The notes under the pieces are model-generated. The model ran no database searches. It saw nothing but the letters and a program-made list of their open reading frames with translations, and was not told where the DNA came from. Shown here piece after piece: positions 10,571-22,638 of a stretch of 37,932 bases of DNA. This DNA comes from Chlorokybus atmophyticus (lineage: Eukaryota > Plantae > Mesostigma and Chlorokybus algae). The translations under genes were made by a program, and so were the position numbers. The stretch's first letter is position 1. Every line of letters starts with the position of its first letter. The DNA lies in the NCBI GenBank assembly GCA_009103225.1, contig RHPI01003491.1:301385-339316 (forward strand), written 5' to 3'.

Positions 10571-12903
10571 CCCGCACATGCATGTCGGCATACCAGCACA
10601 CCCCTTTCGTACACCAAGCATGCCGGCATAGCATCACACCCCTTTGGTACATAAACACCCCACCACTACCACCCACCGACATGCACAGCATTGCATATCT
10701 TCTACACACAAGGCCTCACCCCCCTTGTGGGCGGTTGGCAGCTTCTCATTGGCACTGTTGTAGCAGGCAGCTGGCTACTGCCCTGCACAACTTCCTGGTG
10801 GTGTACGCACTCCAAGCCTTTATATGTAGCTGGTTACGCTGGGCGTAATGTGTAGAAGATATGCAATGTGGTGCATGTGTAATAAAGAAGGAATGAGGAT
10901 TTCGTGCATGCAAGGTCACACATGCCGTGTTCACATGCAATCAAACACACTACACTCATCAATCACACAACCAAACACAATCACCGGGCTGGTCAGTAAC
11001 TTTTTCATTGTTTCACCTGTCGCTACCTACCTACCAACCATCCCCGTCAGTCGTGCATGCACGCCCATAGTCAGTTGGTTACCTGCACGCATGTGTGTGG
11101 GCGTGCGTGACACCAGATGCTGTGCGTGCGGTGTATGATGTGTGTGCGTGACCATGTGTGGGATAGAACAACGCGCTACCTGCACCTATGTACTTATGTG
11201 TGTAGAGTGGTATAATTCGAACACAGCCTAACTGCATAGAAACGACCAACCCGGTTGCTGACTGGCAGTAAGTATTTGGACTGCTGCTACTTCGTTACAC
11301 CGCAGCAGCACAGCTCAGTGTAGGCCTAAGCACGGGCCCGCACACACAGTACACCAACCTGGGCAGGTTTCCATCAGCATGGCACTGGGCTACCAGTCGC
11401 AGGCCAAAGAGCAGCAGCAGCAGCAGCAGCAATAGCAAGCTGCTCAAAGCTTGAGAAAAGATTGAACGTCATGGCTGTGACGCACTGACATTACACTCAC
11501 TGACCAAACCCAGCACAGAAACTGACTCCACTGCTCCAACCCTAAGCATATTGCCTTCTACACTGAGCCGGTAGCAGCGCATGTAGCCAGTGCTGCACTC
11601 GGCCCGCAGGCTGCTGGGCTAAGCACTAGACTGGCATGCGCTTACCTGTTACTGCCGCTGCTAGGATGCGCCCTGTGGCCGCAACTTTGCAACCGCACCT
11701 GGGCAAACGCATAACTGAGTCTGCGTTACGTGACTTGACTTGTCGCCGTGGCCATGGCTGTGTGTCTGCCTTCACACGCTTACTTGCTGCCCAATGAAAG
11801 AACAGCACCTGGCTTTGTCGGACGGACACATGGCTCCATGCGCTTCTTGCAAATGGGACTTTCATGTGTGTAGGGCCGGAGCCAGTCAGTGACCTCAGTG
11901 CAAGTGACAAGTGCATTCCACCCAGCTCAGCCCACACCCATATATGGCAATGTTGACGAAGTGCACCAAAGTCACAATGTCAGGCCTATAGCAGCAGTCC
12001 TTTTTCGTTTCGTATTTGAAAATGTACGACACGACTTGCTCGCGTTGCCATCTTGCCTGACATGTCCGCATCGCTCAGACGGCTGCCCGGTTGGGGGGGC
12101 CGGAACTCTAACACTTAAAGTGGCAATAATTTAGTGAAGCGGCAAATTGACACATTCTATTGGACAATTGGAATATATCCAAAATTGCACCGATAGCGCA
12201 AGTCACAAGGGTTGCATAACGGCTGTGGTGTCACTCGTCGCATCACGCCCAGCAGCACTACTGGTAGGTGAACCGCTAGCTGAACTCTTGGCTCATGCAT
12301 GTACGCTTGCCTTCATTGGAAGTACATAGGTCGCTACTACATTTTACGTTGCTCGCAGTTGTAAGGGTTGCCATACCCAGTAAGAAGTGCCATAGCATGT
12401 ACCGGGTAGTTACCTAGTGCTGACATCAGCAGCACGGACCCATGACGCCATTTTTGGTACGACACCGGTCCATTAACCCCTTCACAATTAGGAGCTTTGC
12501 GGACTCTCTCCTCGGCGGTTTATCCTAAAGCGGCGTCATGCTGGTCGCCATGGCATGCTGCGATCAAGATGTGGGCCAACTCCCCATAGGATTTGATTGT
12601 CATGTCACATCAGACAGCATGTGCATGAAACGACACACATGACCCATTTTGCGCTGAGCTGTGTTTGTGGCCGGCAGGTCGCCGTTGCTGTACGTGCATA
12701 CAGTCACCAGTCTGTCATGCAATTGCTAAGCCAGCCAAAAGGCCGCGTAACAGGGCGTCCTCTCGCAGCAACTTCGGGGTATATAAACTCACCACGTATG
12801 TGGTGAAGGGAGCGGCGGAACAGCGGCAGTTGTGTCTGTTCAGTTGTTTTCTGTGTGGGAGAGTGGTGTAGTTGGGTGTGTGAGTGGGTGAGTGTCGTCA
12901 ACC

Positions 12904-14961
12904 ATGGCGTCAACTCAAGCAGCCTTCCTGAGCTGCCTCTTCCTGCTGCTGGTTGGAACGCAGCTTATCCCCCAATGCACTGCCGCCAAAGACTTGCCAG
13001 GTTGGTGTGCTGCACTTGGCAATGCATGTGCGCGTCAACTAATTTCTGCCACTGACTAGTGTGTGTGTGCGTTGGTCAGATATGGTTGAGCTTCATGGTC
13101 TGCAGTACATCACTGCTGAGGACGTGCAGAAGGCAACCGCTTCTGCCAGCCACAGCGACAGCAACAAGCCTCCCCTCCGCATCCACCCCATCAACATCCA
13201 TCACCAACATGATGTCAATGCTGCAGCTCAGCACAACAACGCCTCCACTGCCAGTGAGTGGCACACATACTACGTACTGCATGTGTGATGGAACTGTTGC
13301 AGCAGCTGACTCAAGTTGTGTTGTGTGCTGAGCAGAAGCACCGAGTGGCGCAATTGACCCACACACTCGCAAGCACGGGCCAGGAGAAGGGGGTGTATCA
13401 AACTATGCAGGTACAGAACAGTCCCACACACATGCGCTCGCACACGCAGCGCGTGTGTGTGCCACGGTGTGTGCGAGTGCATGTGCGTGCGCATGCGCGT
13501 GTGCATGTGCGTGTGTGCTTAGCTTGCAATGTCTGCGCTTCCACTGTCACTGACCTTTGCTACCGTTGTGTATCTTGCTACGCGAAGGTATCAGCTCACC
13601 CATATACTACTTTCACGGTCCTGTAATGGGTCAAGGCAGGCCCGTCAATGTATACTACGCCTTTTATGGTAACTGGGTGAGTCTGCCATACTCCAGCTAC
13701 AACACGCGTGCGACACTTGCTTCTCTCGCACAGGTGAGTGAATCTGTTGCCTACATGCACACCACATGCATGCCCACACAACACGCTCACACCACCATGT
13801 GTGGCAAAACGCATAGGGTATCGGCAGCACGTGGTGGTGGAGGAACATCGAGTCGCGCTATACGACAGATTTTAGCCTCGGCTACTCACCCGTTGTGTAT
13901 CAAGGAAGCGTATTCTATAATGGCTACTTCTACGGTCAGACGTGAGTGGGCCAACATGTTGGACTTGCGTGTGGACATGCGACATGTGACACAAATTTCC
14001 TTCTTACGGTTGTGTGTCTGTGTGCAGTATTACCGACAGCCAAGTGCAAATCCTCGCCCGCAACGCAGCGTTGAGTCCTTACTTTGGAGGTTGGGTTGAC
14101 CCGAACGGCGTGTACTTTGTCATCACCGACAACACGGTCACAATCAGTGGCTTCTGCACGTAAGCTCAACTCTGGTTACAAGAGTATTACGGTTGACCAC
14201 CCGCTCATGCTGGGTTATTGTGTGTCACAGGAAGCACTGTGGCTGGCACACGTACGACGGCTACAACATGAAGTACGCGTTCATCGGCAACTCGGCCACA
14301 CGCTGTCCCGGAAGCTGCGGGGGACCGCTGGCGTACAGACCCACCAGCGCACCTAACGACTGGGCGGCGGATATGATGGCCAGCGTTCTGGCACATGAGG
14401 TGACTGGGTGTGCGTGTGTGTATACGCGCACGGCTGTATGGGTGCTTGTGGGTGTGGGAACACTGGCACAAACCTAACCACGCACGCGATGCATGTTGGC
14501 GTGGTTGGGTATGCGTGTGCATGCATGCGCGTGCGTGCGCGTGCGCACACACACACGTGAGGACCTCCAGTGAATGGGTGGCTGGGTGGCTGGGCACGTG
14601 TGTGTACATGTATGCTGATGCTCAATCATTGTGATCACACCACAGCTGATGGAGGCGCACTCGGACCCAAGACTCAATGCGTATAAAGATCTGAGCGGCA
14701 ACGAGAACGCCGACAAGTGTGCTTGGACGTAAGTGCCCGTTGCATGCACATGCCATGTAATGACCCTGCCATTGCTTTAAATCAGTCAATACTCAATCCA
14801 TGTTATACTCTCTCTGCAGGTATGGATACACGTACACATATGCCGGCAAGCTGTACAACACGTACATCAGCGGCAAGCGCTTCCTCATCCAGCAGAATTG
14901 GGACTGGTATTATGGTGACAACAACAACGCGGCGTCATCGTGCCGCATCACTCTCACTTGA
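12904..14961 (+). CDS. PHI-1/EXORDIUM-like (phosphate-induced protein 1 domain) secreted protein, 380 aa, 9 exons, intact
   Basis: Exons 12904-13000, 13080-13253, 13336-13410, 13588-13733, 13817-13941, 14028-14159, 14231-14399, 14646-14728, 14820-14961 (1143 nt, phases consistent). Signal-like MASTQAAFLSCLFLLLVG. Family motifs FHGPVM..VNVYYAFYGNW, DPNGVYFV, FCTKHCGWH, YAFIGN..RCPGSC, DMMASVLAHELMEAHSDP, ENADKCAW, RFLIQQNW. Confidence 0.88.
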
Positions 14962-15261
14962 ATGAAGGCCACCAACAAGAGAAGTAACTAGCGCTATGTA
15001 CATATGGCTTTTGGTTTTGTAGAACCATTTTTTGATGTGACCAGGAGATGATGCGGAATACCATAAAAGCAGTAGCGCTCTATGACTGCGCCGGTGGGTA
15101 TGAGTAGGTACTTTTTGGTGTGATTTGTTGTAATGCAATAAAGTGAAGATATTTTAACGGATGCAGTCTTGCAGCCACCTTGCCCACTTGTTTGGATGCC
15201 ATGCAAACGCACAACCACAAACAAAGGCCTGCGTGCGCACGCATATGCACACGCACACATG

Positions 15262-15265
<4 letters not shown>

Positions 15266-15349
<84 letters not shown>

Positions 15350-15350
15350 N

Positions 15351-15387
<37 letters not shown>
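15266..15387. repeat. (GA)n microsatellite, ~60 units
   Basis: Direct reading; one N at 15350. It lies between the convergent 3' ends of PHI-1 and SDR2. Confidence 0.99.
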
Positions 15388-15389
<2 letters not shown>

Positions 15390-15625
15390 CTTGCAGAGAG
15401 GTCTTGCAGTTCAACTAGAGACACCACTTCACAGCTCAAGTACATCCTGCATAATGTCTTCATTCTATCCGCACGCCACTGCCAGCCAATCAACTCACTG
15501 CGCACACTTTGGAAGTAATATTAGCAACTTGACCAAAAGGCACGACTTCCGTGCCAGTATTTGCATTGTCTCGCGAAACGGTCGACAACACTGTCAACCC
15601 CGATTTGCTGGCTGTGTACAACATA

Positions 15626-17808
15626 TCATTGCTGCACTGTACAAGCACAGTGCAAAACTGCAGCCGTTCGGGTTGTGAAGTAGTTGATACCAGAGCTACC
15701 ATCCACGCTGATGATCTGCCCTGTGATGGACTTGGTCTCTTGTTCATAAAAACGGAACGCCACCGCTGCCGCGATGTCCTCGCTATCCACAAGTTTCCCA
15801 AGAGGGACCATGTTGCGCACCACATCCTCCATATTCAATTCTGCATTGGCAGCTTGCATGCTTGCCAATTGCGCATCCAACATCTCCGAAGGGGATGTGG
15901 GGCCAGGAGCCACAGCGTTCACGCGTACACCCTTGCTTGCAGCCTGCAGGTGAAAGTATTAATAATGATAGAAAGAATACTGAAGAAATAATCAATCTGA
16001 TTTGAGCATGTTAGTCCACCAACTGCTTGTACATGTGCATACCTCCATCGTTGTCCCAATGGTGAAGCTGTTGAGAGCAGCCTTGCTGGCGTCATAGGCC
16101 GTGGAGCCTGGCATCACCTTGTAGCTAACGTTGCTGCTGGTGTTGATATTGGAGCCGTACCCTTGCGACAACATCTGCTTCAGCTCTGCCTGGCAAGTGC
16201 AACATGTTAATGCATGCCCTTCTACATGTTGTGCTAATAGCAATGCCATTTCACTCACAATAAGCATTGTATGTATCACACAAGGCTCCTGTCCATCGCA
16301 GCCCTTGTTTCTGCTCACCTTCAAGCAGGCTGCTTGGCTGAACATGTTGATGTGGAAGGTCTACGCCAGCTCGTCCAAGTCCATGTCCACAACTGGGCTA
16401 GGAGGCGAGCGGTACCCTGCATTGTGTATAGAGTATCAGCCTGACCTGACCTGCTGATCATGAGTTGCTTGCCATGCATGAGCAATTCATGTGTCTACAC
16501 TACAACGCATTAACAACCATCGGTACTCCAGCTAACTTGAAAGAGTGTATTTTCTACACTATACCTGCGTTCCTAAAGGCTCCATCCAGCTTGCCGTGCG
16601 CCCCCGCTATATCCTCCACAACCTGAGCAACACAGCACAGCGTTATGTGCATGCTTGATGTACTACATCAAGTTGGTCAACGTTGCTGCCTATGGTCTCC
16701 AACACTTGCATTGCTGCGCGGGTGCATATGTGACTTGATAATAATACACGTTTGAACCCATCTTCGCAATTTGCGCCCAGTCTGTGATGTCCAACATAGC
16801 GACGGTTGCTGCAGTTGTACAACAATAGACTCGCTCAGCAAGTGACAGTGACATGCATATTCACACAAGCACTGTTACTGCATGCAGTCAAGTCTGTTGC
16901 CAACATGAGATGGTCTCACCTTGGCCCTTGCCAGCTGCGTTGACCTTGTCTCTGAGAGCCTCCAGGCGGTCTTTGCGGCGGGCGGCAATCCATGCGTGGG
17001 CGCCTTGGGCGGCGATGTGCTCCGCAGTGACGGCGCCAATGCCGCTGCTGGCGCCAGTCACCAGAAACACTTTGCTTTCGAACCTGTTAGAGACACAATG
17101 CACGACCAGTCAGCTGAGCAACGGCCATTGCATACCTACTGTGTGGGGCTGTCCAAGTTGTCATGGATGCGCACAGGAAGCCGCAGACTGACTCCAAACT
17201 TGTGTTCGGACGGTTTGCACAAACACTGGGTGACACTCAGTGAGGCTTGGCAGTAAGTGTAAAAAATATGTAGCGCAGCAATGCACCTGCGACATGGGGT
17301 GATGTTGAAGCACGTAGCGGCTGTTCAGTAACTACCTTTCAAATGTTGGTAGTCTTCGCGCATTCAAGCAACCAAGCATGCATGCATGCATGTGCGCATG
17401 CAACGGAGGCAAGCAGCCGACAAGTAGCTGACAAACAACCAAGCAAGTAAAAAAGTGAGGGAGGAAGCCGGGAACGCAAAGCATACAGAGCAAACAAGCA
17501 AGAGAAGCTTGCCTGTTTCAGCAGATCAAACCAGCACTTTGCCGCTGATTGCAAGCGAGTGACCAAACTAAGCAACGCAAGCATGCTTTGAAACTTGGAA
17601 AGCAAACTGAGCAGCTGAGGAAACAATGCAAACAAACCACAAACAAGGAAAGAAAGCTTGTTTGCTCTTACCCACTCAACTATCCAAACCAAGCAGCAAC
17701 CAAACGCATTGGAGTGCAGTCCATGCATGCAGCAAACGTAGCACATTGTGACAACGACGCAAGTAGTATGAGCATGAACACAAGCGCCCACCTCGCAGAC
17801 GATGCCAT
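15626..17808 (-). pseudogene. SDR2 pseudogene
   Basis: Exons 17808-17792, 17083-16920, 16808-16762, 16622-16565, 16416-16319, 16189-16043, 15943-15668. Lesions: intron-3 donor GT->AT (16761-16760), in-frame TAG at 16363-16361, NNAG->RNAG, and stop TGA->CGA (15670-15668) with read-through to 15626. Confidence 0.88.
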
Positions 17809-18869
17809 GGCTTGGGTGCTTAAGGGCAAGGGCGTCCACCAGCAGCTCGCAGCGCAGCAGCCAAGGGTTGGTTGTCATTCGCACCGTTTTGCACAACATG
17901 TACGCACAGCTCCATAGCATGGCGCTACGGCATGTCAATGGGACCGTCAAGAAAATGTTAGATACGGTGTTGTTGAACCTAACCTCCTACCCTGTTGCGC
18001 CACAGGTCCACATTTCAACTACCAACTACAGGTAGCCGGTACAGCCACCCTGGACGACCTGGTGCACTGCCCCTATGCCTGCTCCTGTCATGATTGTCAT
18101 TTTCCTTCATCTTCATGACTGTTGCAAGACAAGACATGATCTTTCAACGCTTCAAGTAGTACCCACCCTGGCTCATTGCCTACAAGGAAAACGTGCCTGT
18201 GTAAGCTCATGGCTCTGTTTGTTTGCTGTTCAACAAGTGAAAAACGTGCACCCGGTGTGATCTCCGTGGCGCACTTTTTGTTGCGGACTGTGGGGGCAGA
18301 ATCCTAGAGTCTCCTCAAGAACAAGTGTTCGAACTTGTGACGTAACTATTTTTCCACCCACATTGAGGGGGGCACTTATGTTTTGCGCTTGTTAGATGTA
18401 CAAAAGATGCAAGAGGCAATGTGTTCGTGTTTATGTCAAGTCACTGTGCTATTGTGGATCCTGCCGCGTGCCGAACGCGACGCGTGGTCAGACAATGCCA
18501 CGCAGTAACATTAGTTGTACGCTTAACTCAACGGGCTCAAGTAGGACTTGGATAGTGCCTTCCATCTCATCCCAACCGTTGCATGTATAGTGACGTGGGT
18601 ACTCTACAAATCAAGCATATCCTTGCATACTTGAAGTCTTCATCCTAGCCGCACGCCACTGCAGGCCAATTGATACACTGCGCACACCCCACCTTCACAA
18701 GCGGTTTCAGCAACTTGAAAGGCACTATGCCTGTGCCATCATGTGCAATGTCTAGCTAGCACGCAATGTCAACGCAGTCACACCTGAACTGTGATAATCT
18801 GGCTGACTACCACATTATTGCTGTACAAGTAGCCAACCTTTATACAAGCATAATGCAAAGTGAATTTGT

Positions 18870-20611
18870 TCAGAATATGAACAAGTTGATACCAGAGCCA
18901 CCATCCACCCCGATGATCTGCCCAGTGATGGCCTTGGACAATTTGTTGTCAAACAGAAATGCCACCGCTGCCGCAATGTCTTCGCTATCAACCAGTTCCT
19001 GTGCGGGATTATGTTGCGCACCATATCCTCCATGTTGAACCCGGCGTTTGCAGCTTTCATTTCTTCCATTGTTGTATCAAACATCTCCGACGGAGATGTG
19101 GGCCCAGGAGCGACAGCGTTCACGCGTACGCCCTTGCTTGCAGCCTGCAAGTGCGAGTTCAGAATGTACAGTTTAATGCAGCGCACATTAACACTTCCTG
19201 AAGGCTGCTTGTGTTTTGTGCAAATGGTGCGTACCTCCATGGCAGCGCCAATGGTTAAGTTGTTGAGAGCAGCCTTGCTGGCTTCATAGGCCGTGTAGCC
19301 TGGCATCACCTTGTGGCTAAAGATGCTGCTGGTGTTGACGATCGAGCCATACCTTTGCGCCAACATTTGCTTTAGCTCCGCCTAGCAGAAGCAACATGTG
19401 AATGCACGGCCTTTTGCCATGGCACTGGCAAGTTACCAACAGCAAATGACAAACTGTTCATTGTAAGCCGAACAACTTGTCACTGTGCACAAAGCTCCTG
19501 TTTATCACAGCCTTTATCTCGGCTGACCTTCATGCAGGCTGCTTGGCTGAACAGGTTGATGTTGAAGGTCTTCGCCAGCTCGTCCAAATCCATGTCCACA
19601 ACTGGGCTAGGAGGCGAGCTGTACCCTGCGTTGTGTCGCACAGCGTCAACCACCTGACCTGGCCTGATGAGTTACTTGACTTGCATGCGGGCAAGCACGT
19701 GTGCCTTGTCTACACTACACAACAGATTAAACCAACGGTCTCAGCAGGCTGACGTACCTGCATTGTTAAAGGCTGCATCCAGCTTGCCGTGCGCTCCCAC
19801 TATGTCCGCCAAAACCTGAACAAAGAGCAAATATGTTTGCATGCAAGCGTTGACGTAGAGATTCAGACAATCATTCACATGATGTTGATACGCAGATGCA
19901 TGTGTAACTCACCTTCTCAATTTGTGCCGAATCTATGACGTCCAACTTAGCGACCGTTGCTGCAACAATCAAAGAACTCTTGCTCAGCATGTGACAGTGA
20001 CAGTATGTCACACAAGGACAACTCTTGCTGCTCATGCATTTCTCACACCTCGGCCCTTGCCAGCGGTGTTGATCTTGGCTCTAAGGGTTTCTAGGCGGTC
20101 CTTGCGGCGGGCGGCAATCCAGACATGGGCGCCCTGGGCGGCGAGGTGCTCCGCAGTGACGGCGCCGATGCCGCTGCTGGCGCCAGTCACCAGAACACCT
20201 TGCCCTCAAATCTGTGAGACACAATGCACGATCAGTCGGCTGAGCATGCAACTGCAAGCTGACAAGCAAGCAGTAAGTGCACAAGCAAGTGAGGAAGGAA
20301 GAGCGAGAACGCACAGCAAGCACAAGCAGGAGAAACTCTCAATACAGCTTGTAGCAAATTTTTCGTCGCTGTTCCATAGCAAGTGAACAAGCCTAGCAAG
20401 CATGCAAGTGTACGCACGAGTCCTTCCCCAATATAAGTATAAATATAAAACAGACTACAAAGCCAGCTTGCATGCCTGTCTCTGTATGTTGTGACCCACT
20501 CAACACCCCAACCAAGCAGCAGCCAGGCGGCGTGAAGTACAGTCCATGCATGGAACACAGTGTGACGACAACGTAAGTACGAAGCAGCGCCCACCTCGCG
20601 GACGATCCCAT
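18870..20611 (-). pseudogene. SDR3, frameshifted (probable pseudogene)
   Basis: Exons 20611-20595, 20211-20049, 19959-19913, 19815-19758, 19625-19528, 19381-19235, 19144-18870. One-bp deletions in exon 2 (163 vs 164 nt, ~20194) and exon 7 (275 vs 276 nt, ~18996). YEASK retained. Assembly indel error cannot be excluded. Confidence 0.8.
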
Positions 20612-22638
20612 GGTGGGTGAAGTGGGAGTTGGAAGAAACGTGAGGTTGCTAGCCTGGTTTTGTGTGCTCAAGGGCAAGGGGCGTCTACCAGCAGCTTGCA
20701 GCGCAGCAACCAAAAGGTCATCACCATGACCGCACAACATGTACGCACAGCCCCGCAGCATCGCAGTACGGCATGTCACAGGCGAAATCAATGCAGTAGC
20801 GGGTGTGTGCCTGAACTGCAGCTTTCAAGTTTGACACGCTGCGCTGTTTTACTTGTATTGTGCCAAGCAGAGCCTGCGGTGATCTATACATGTAGTAATT
20901 ACAGGCAGCTGGTACAACCACCGCAGCAAAACCTATTGGACCTGAGTCCCCTGGCTCCTGTCGTGAAATTCAACTTCCATCATGTTTGTGTCCAATATGT
21001 AACCAAATGTTTGCATTGCTTCTTTCTTAACGCCCACCCTACCCTAAGGCATAGCCTCTACAAATGGCATGCACTGCTAAGCCATTGACTCCAATTGGTT
21101 GACAATTGGTACAGTTTGCGCAGCACACCATTTTTCCGAATTGCACATGGGGTGAAATGGAATCATTCAATTCTAGTCTGGTATCCATATATTGGGAACA
21201 AATGCTTGCATCCTATATATGATGCAAGCATGGACAGCACAGTTTTTACATATATGTAGATACTGTGCCATCTGCATCAAGGCTGAAAAAGTATTATCTT
21301 ATGTTTATCACAGTTTAATACGTTGATGTCTATAACACTAGCTTACACTTTGAATCGTTTAGAAATATGATCAGCTTGCCGTATGCTGCATAACGCAGCT
21401 CGACAGTGCATGCACCACCACCACCATCAGTGGTATGCTATAATGTTTTAGGTGCAACAGAAATGATGAGTGATTGCAATAATCGGCCTACAACTCAACA
21501 TAAATAGCAATTACTATAAGCTATCAGGGAATGCAATTGACGGTTTTGCAATAATGCTCCAGCTTTATTGAAGGGTTTAATCCACTTCAAATATATGTGA
21601 TTCCATAGTATGTGTACATGCTATAATATGAGATAGCATGTTATTCGCATTCACCGCAGCTTTCATGCTCTTCACTCGGTGAGCTTGTATAAGCAGTCAA
21701 TGCAAACTACGTTGTAATTGGCTAGAAGGCATGTTAGTACAACTATGAAGCTGTTAATGTTGGTGCATTAAGTTATAGTCCATACGTGAACGCAGTCTAC
21801 GCATGAATGCATGTTCAGACTAAATAAACTACATGCCTCCCCCCCCCCCGCGGGCCCCCGCCCCACACATGTATCAATTGAGCTATTCTCATGCCTTAAT
21901 TGAATGCCTTGCATTTGTTGATGTGCTTGAATGCGTTCTTGCACGCTTTGCATCTGCATTATACCATATATAAAAGCCTGTATATTGGCTTAATCTCAAT
22001 CAATAAGGCTATAAGACTAATAGTATTAGGTACATAAAAAAAAGTGTATTAGCCAAAAAAAAAGCAGACCTTTACTATATGAATGAACTTTGAGCGTGAT
22101 GGTCTACTCTTGTTGCCAACAAAAACAGCCGTGGTCAATGATCACAGCATTTCAATAGCCACACGCTATCAGGTGTAATTGTTGTGTTACAAACCCTAAC
22201 AAGCTCATACAACACATCATGTACGTGTCCTGCCCATCGCATTGTCAGTGACCATATGTCACCCATCATGATGCGCACAATGCTCGCTGACAACTTGGCA
22301 CTGTCAAGGCTTTCTGCAGAAGCTGCATGGCATGTGAATTGGCAGAGAGGTTAATATTTGACCGATGCAGACATGGCGTTCATGCAACTATTACCCGCTT
22401 AATGTTGGCCAACTTCATGCACATATCGCGGGACAGTTGCTATGTGCAATTGTCGCGGGCCGACTGTGCGACTGGGTAGGCTGCTGTGCTCGCAGCTCAC
22501 CATCCTACATGGCGACCGCCGTAGCGGCTTGCTTCGCCGCTGGTGGACGTCCTCCAAGCAAGCTCGGGTGTTGTAGTGTTGAAGCTTAGGCAGCGTTGCG
22601 CTAGAGTTCAGCGCCTACGCTTCTGTTCTACGCCACCC

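Larger units (their letters stand above)
7655..14500 (+). repeat. Left arm of large inverted segmental duplication (SDR1 promoter, SDR1, spacer, PHI-1 exons 1-7)
   Basis: Colinear reverse-complement similarity to ~29.9-37.16 kb in promoter, introns, spacer and exons. Example: GCATGTTTGTGCAT near 7657 and its reverse complement near 37143-37156. Ends are approximate. Confidence 0.85.

Noticed and set aside
9972-10848. Long ORFs spanning the first N gap
   Set aside because: Length comes from 345 Ns; the flanks show no coding signature.
11626-11937. Antisense ORF sharing PRCGC.VAA.GRILAAAV with ORF 34127-34501
   Set aside because: Similarity follows from DNA homology of the arms. Starts, ends and frames are not conserved and no domain is recognisable.
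15080-15678. ER- or SL-repeat ORFs
   Set aside because: Translations of the (GA)n microsatellite.
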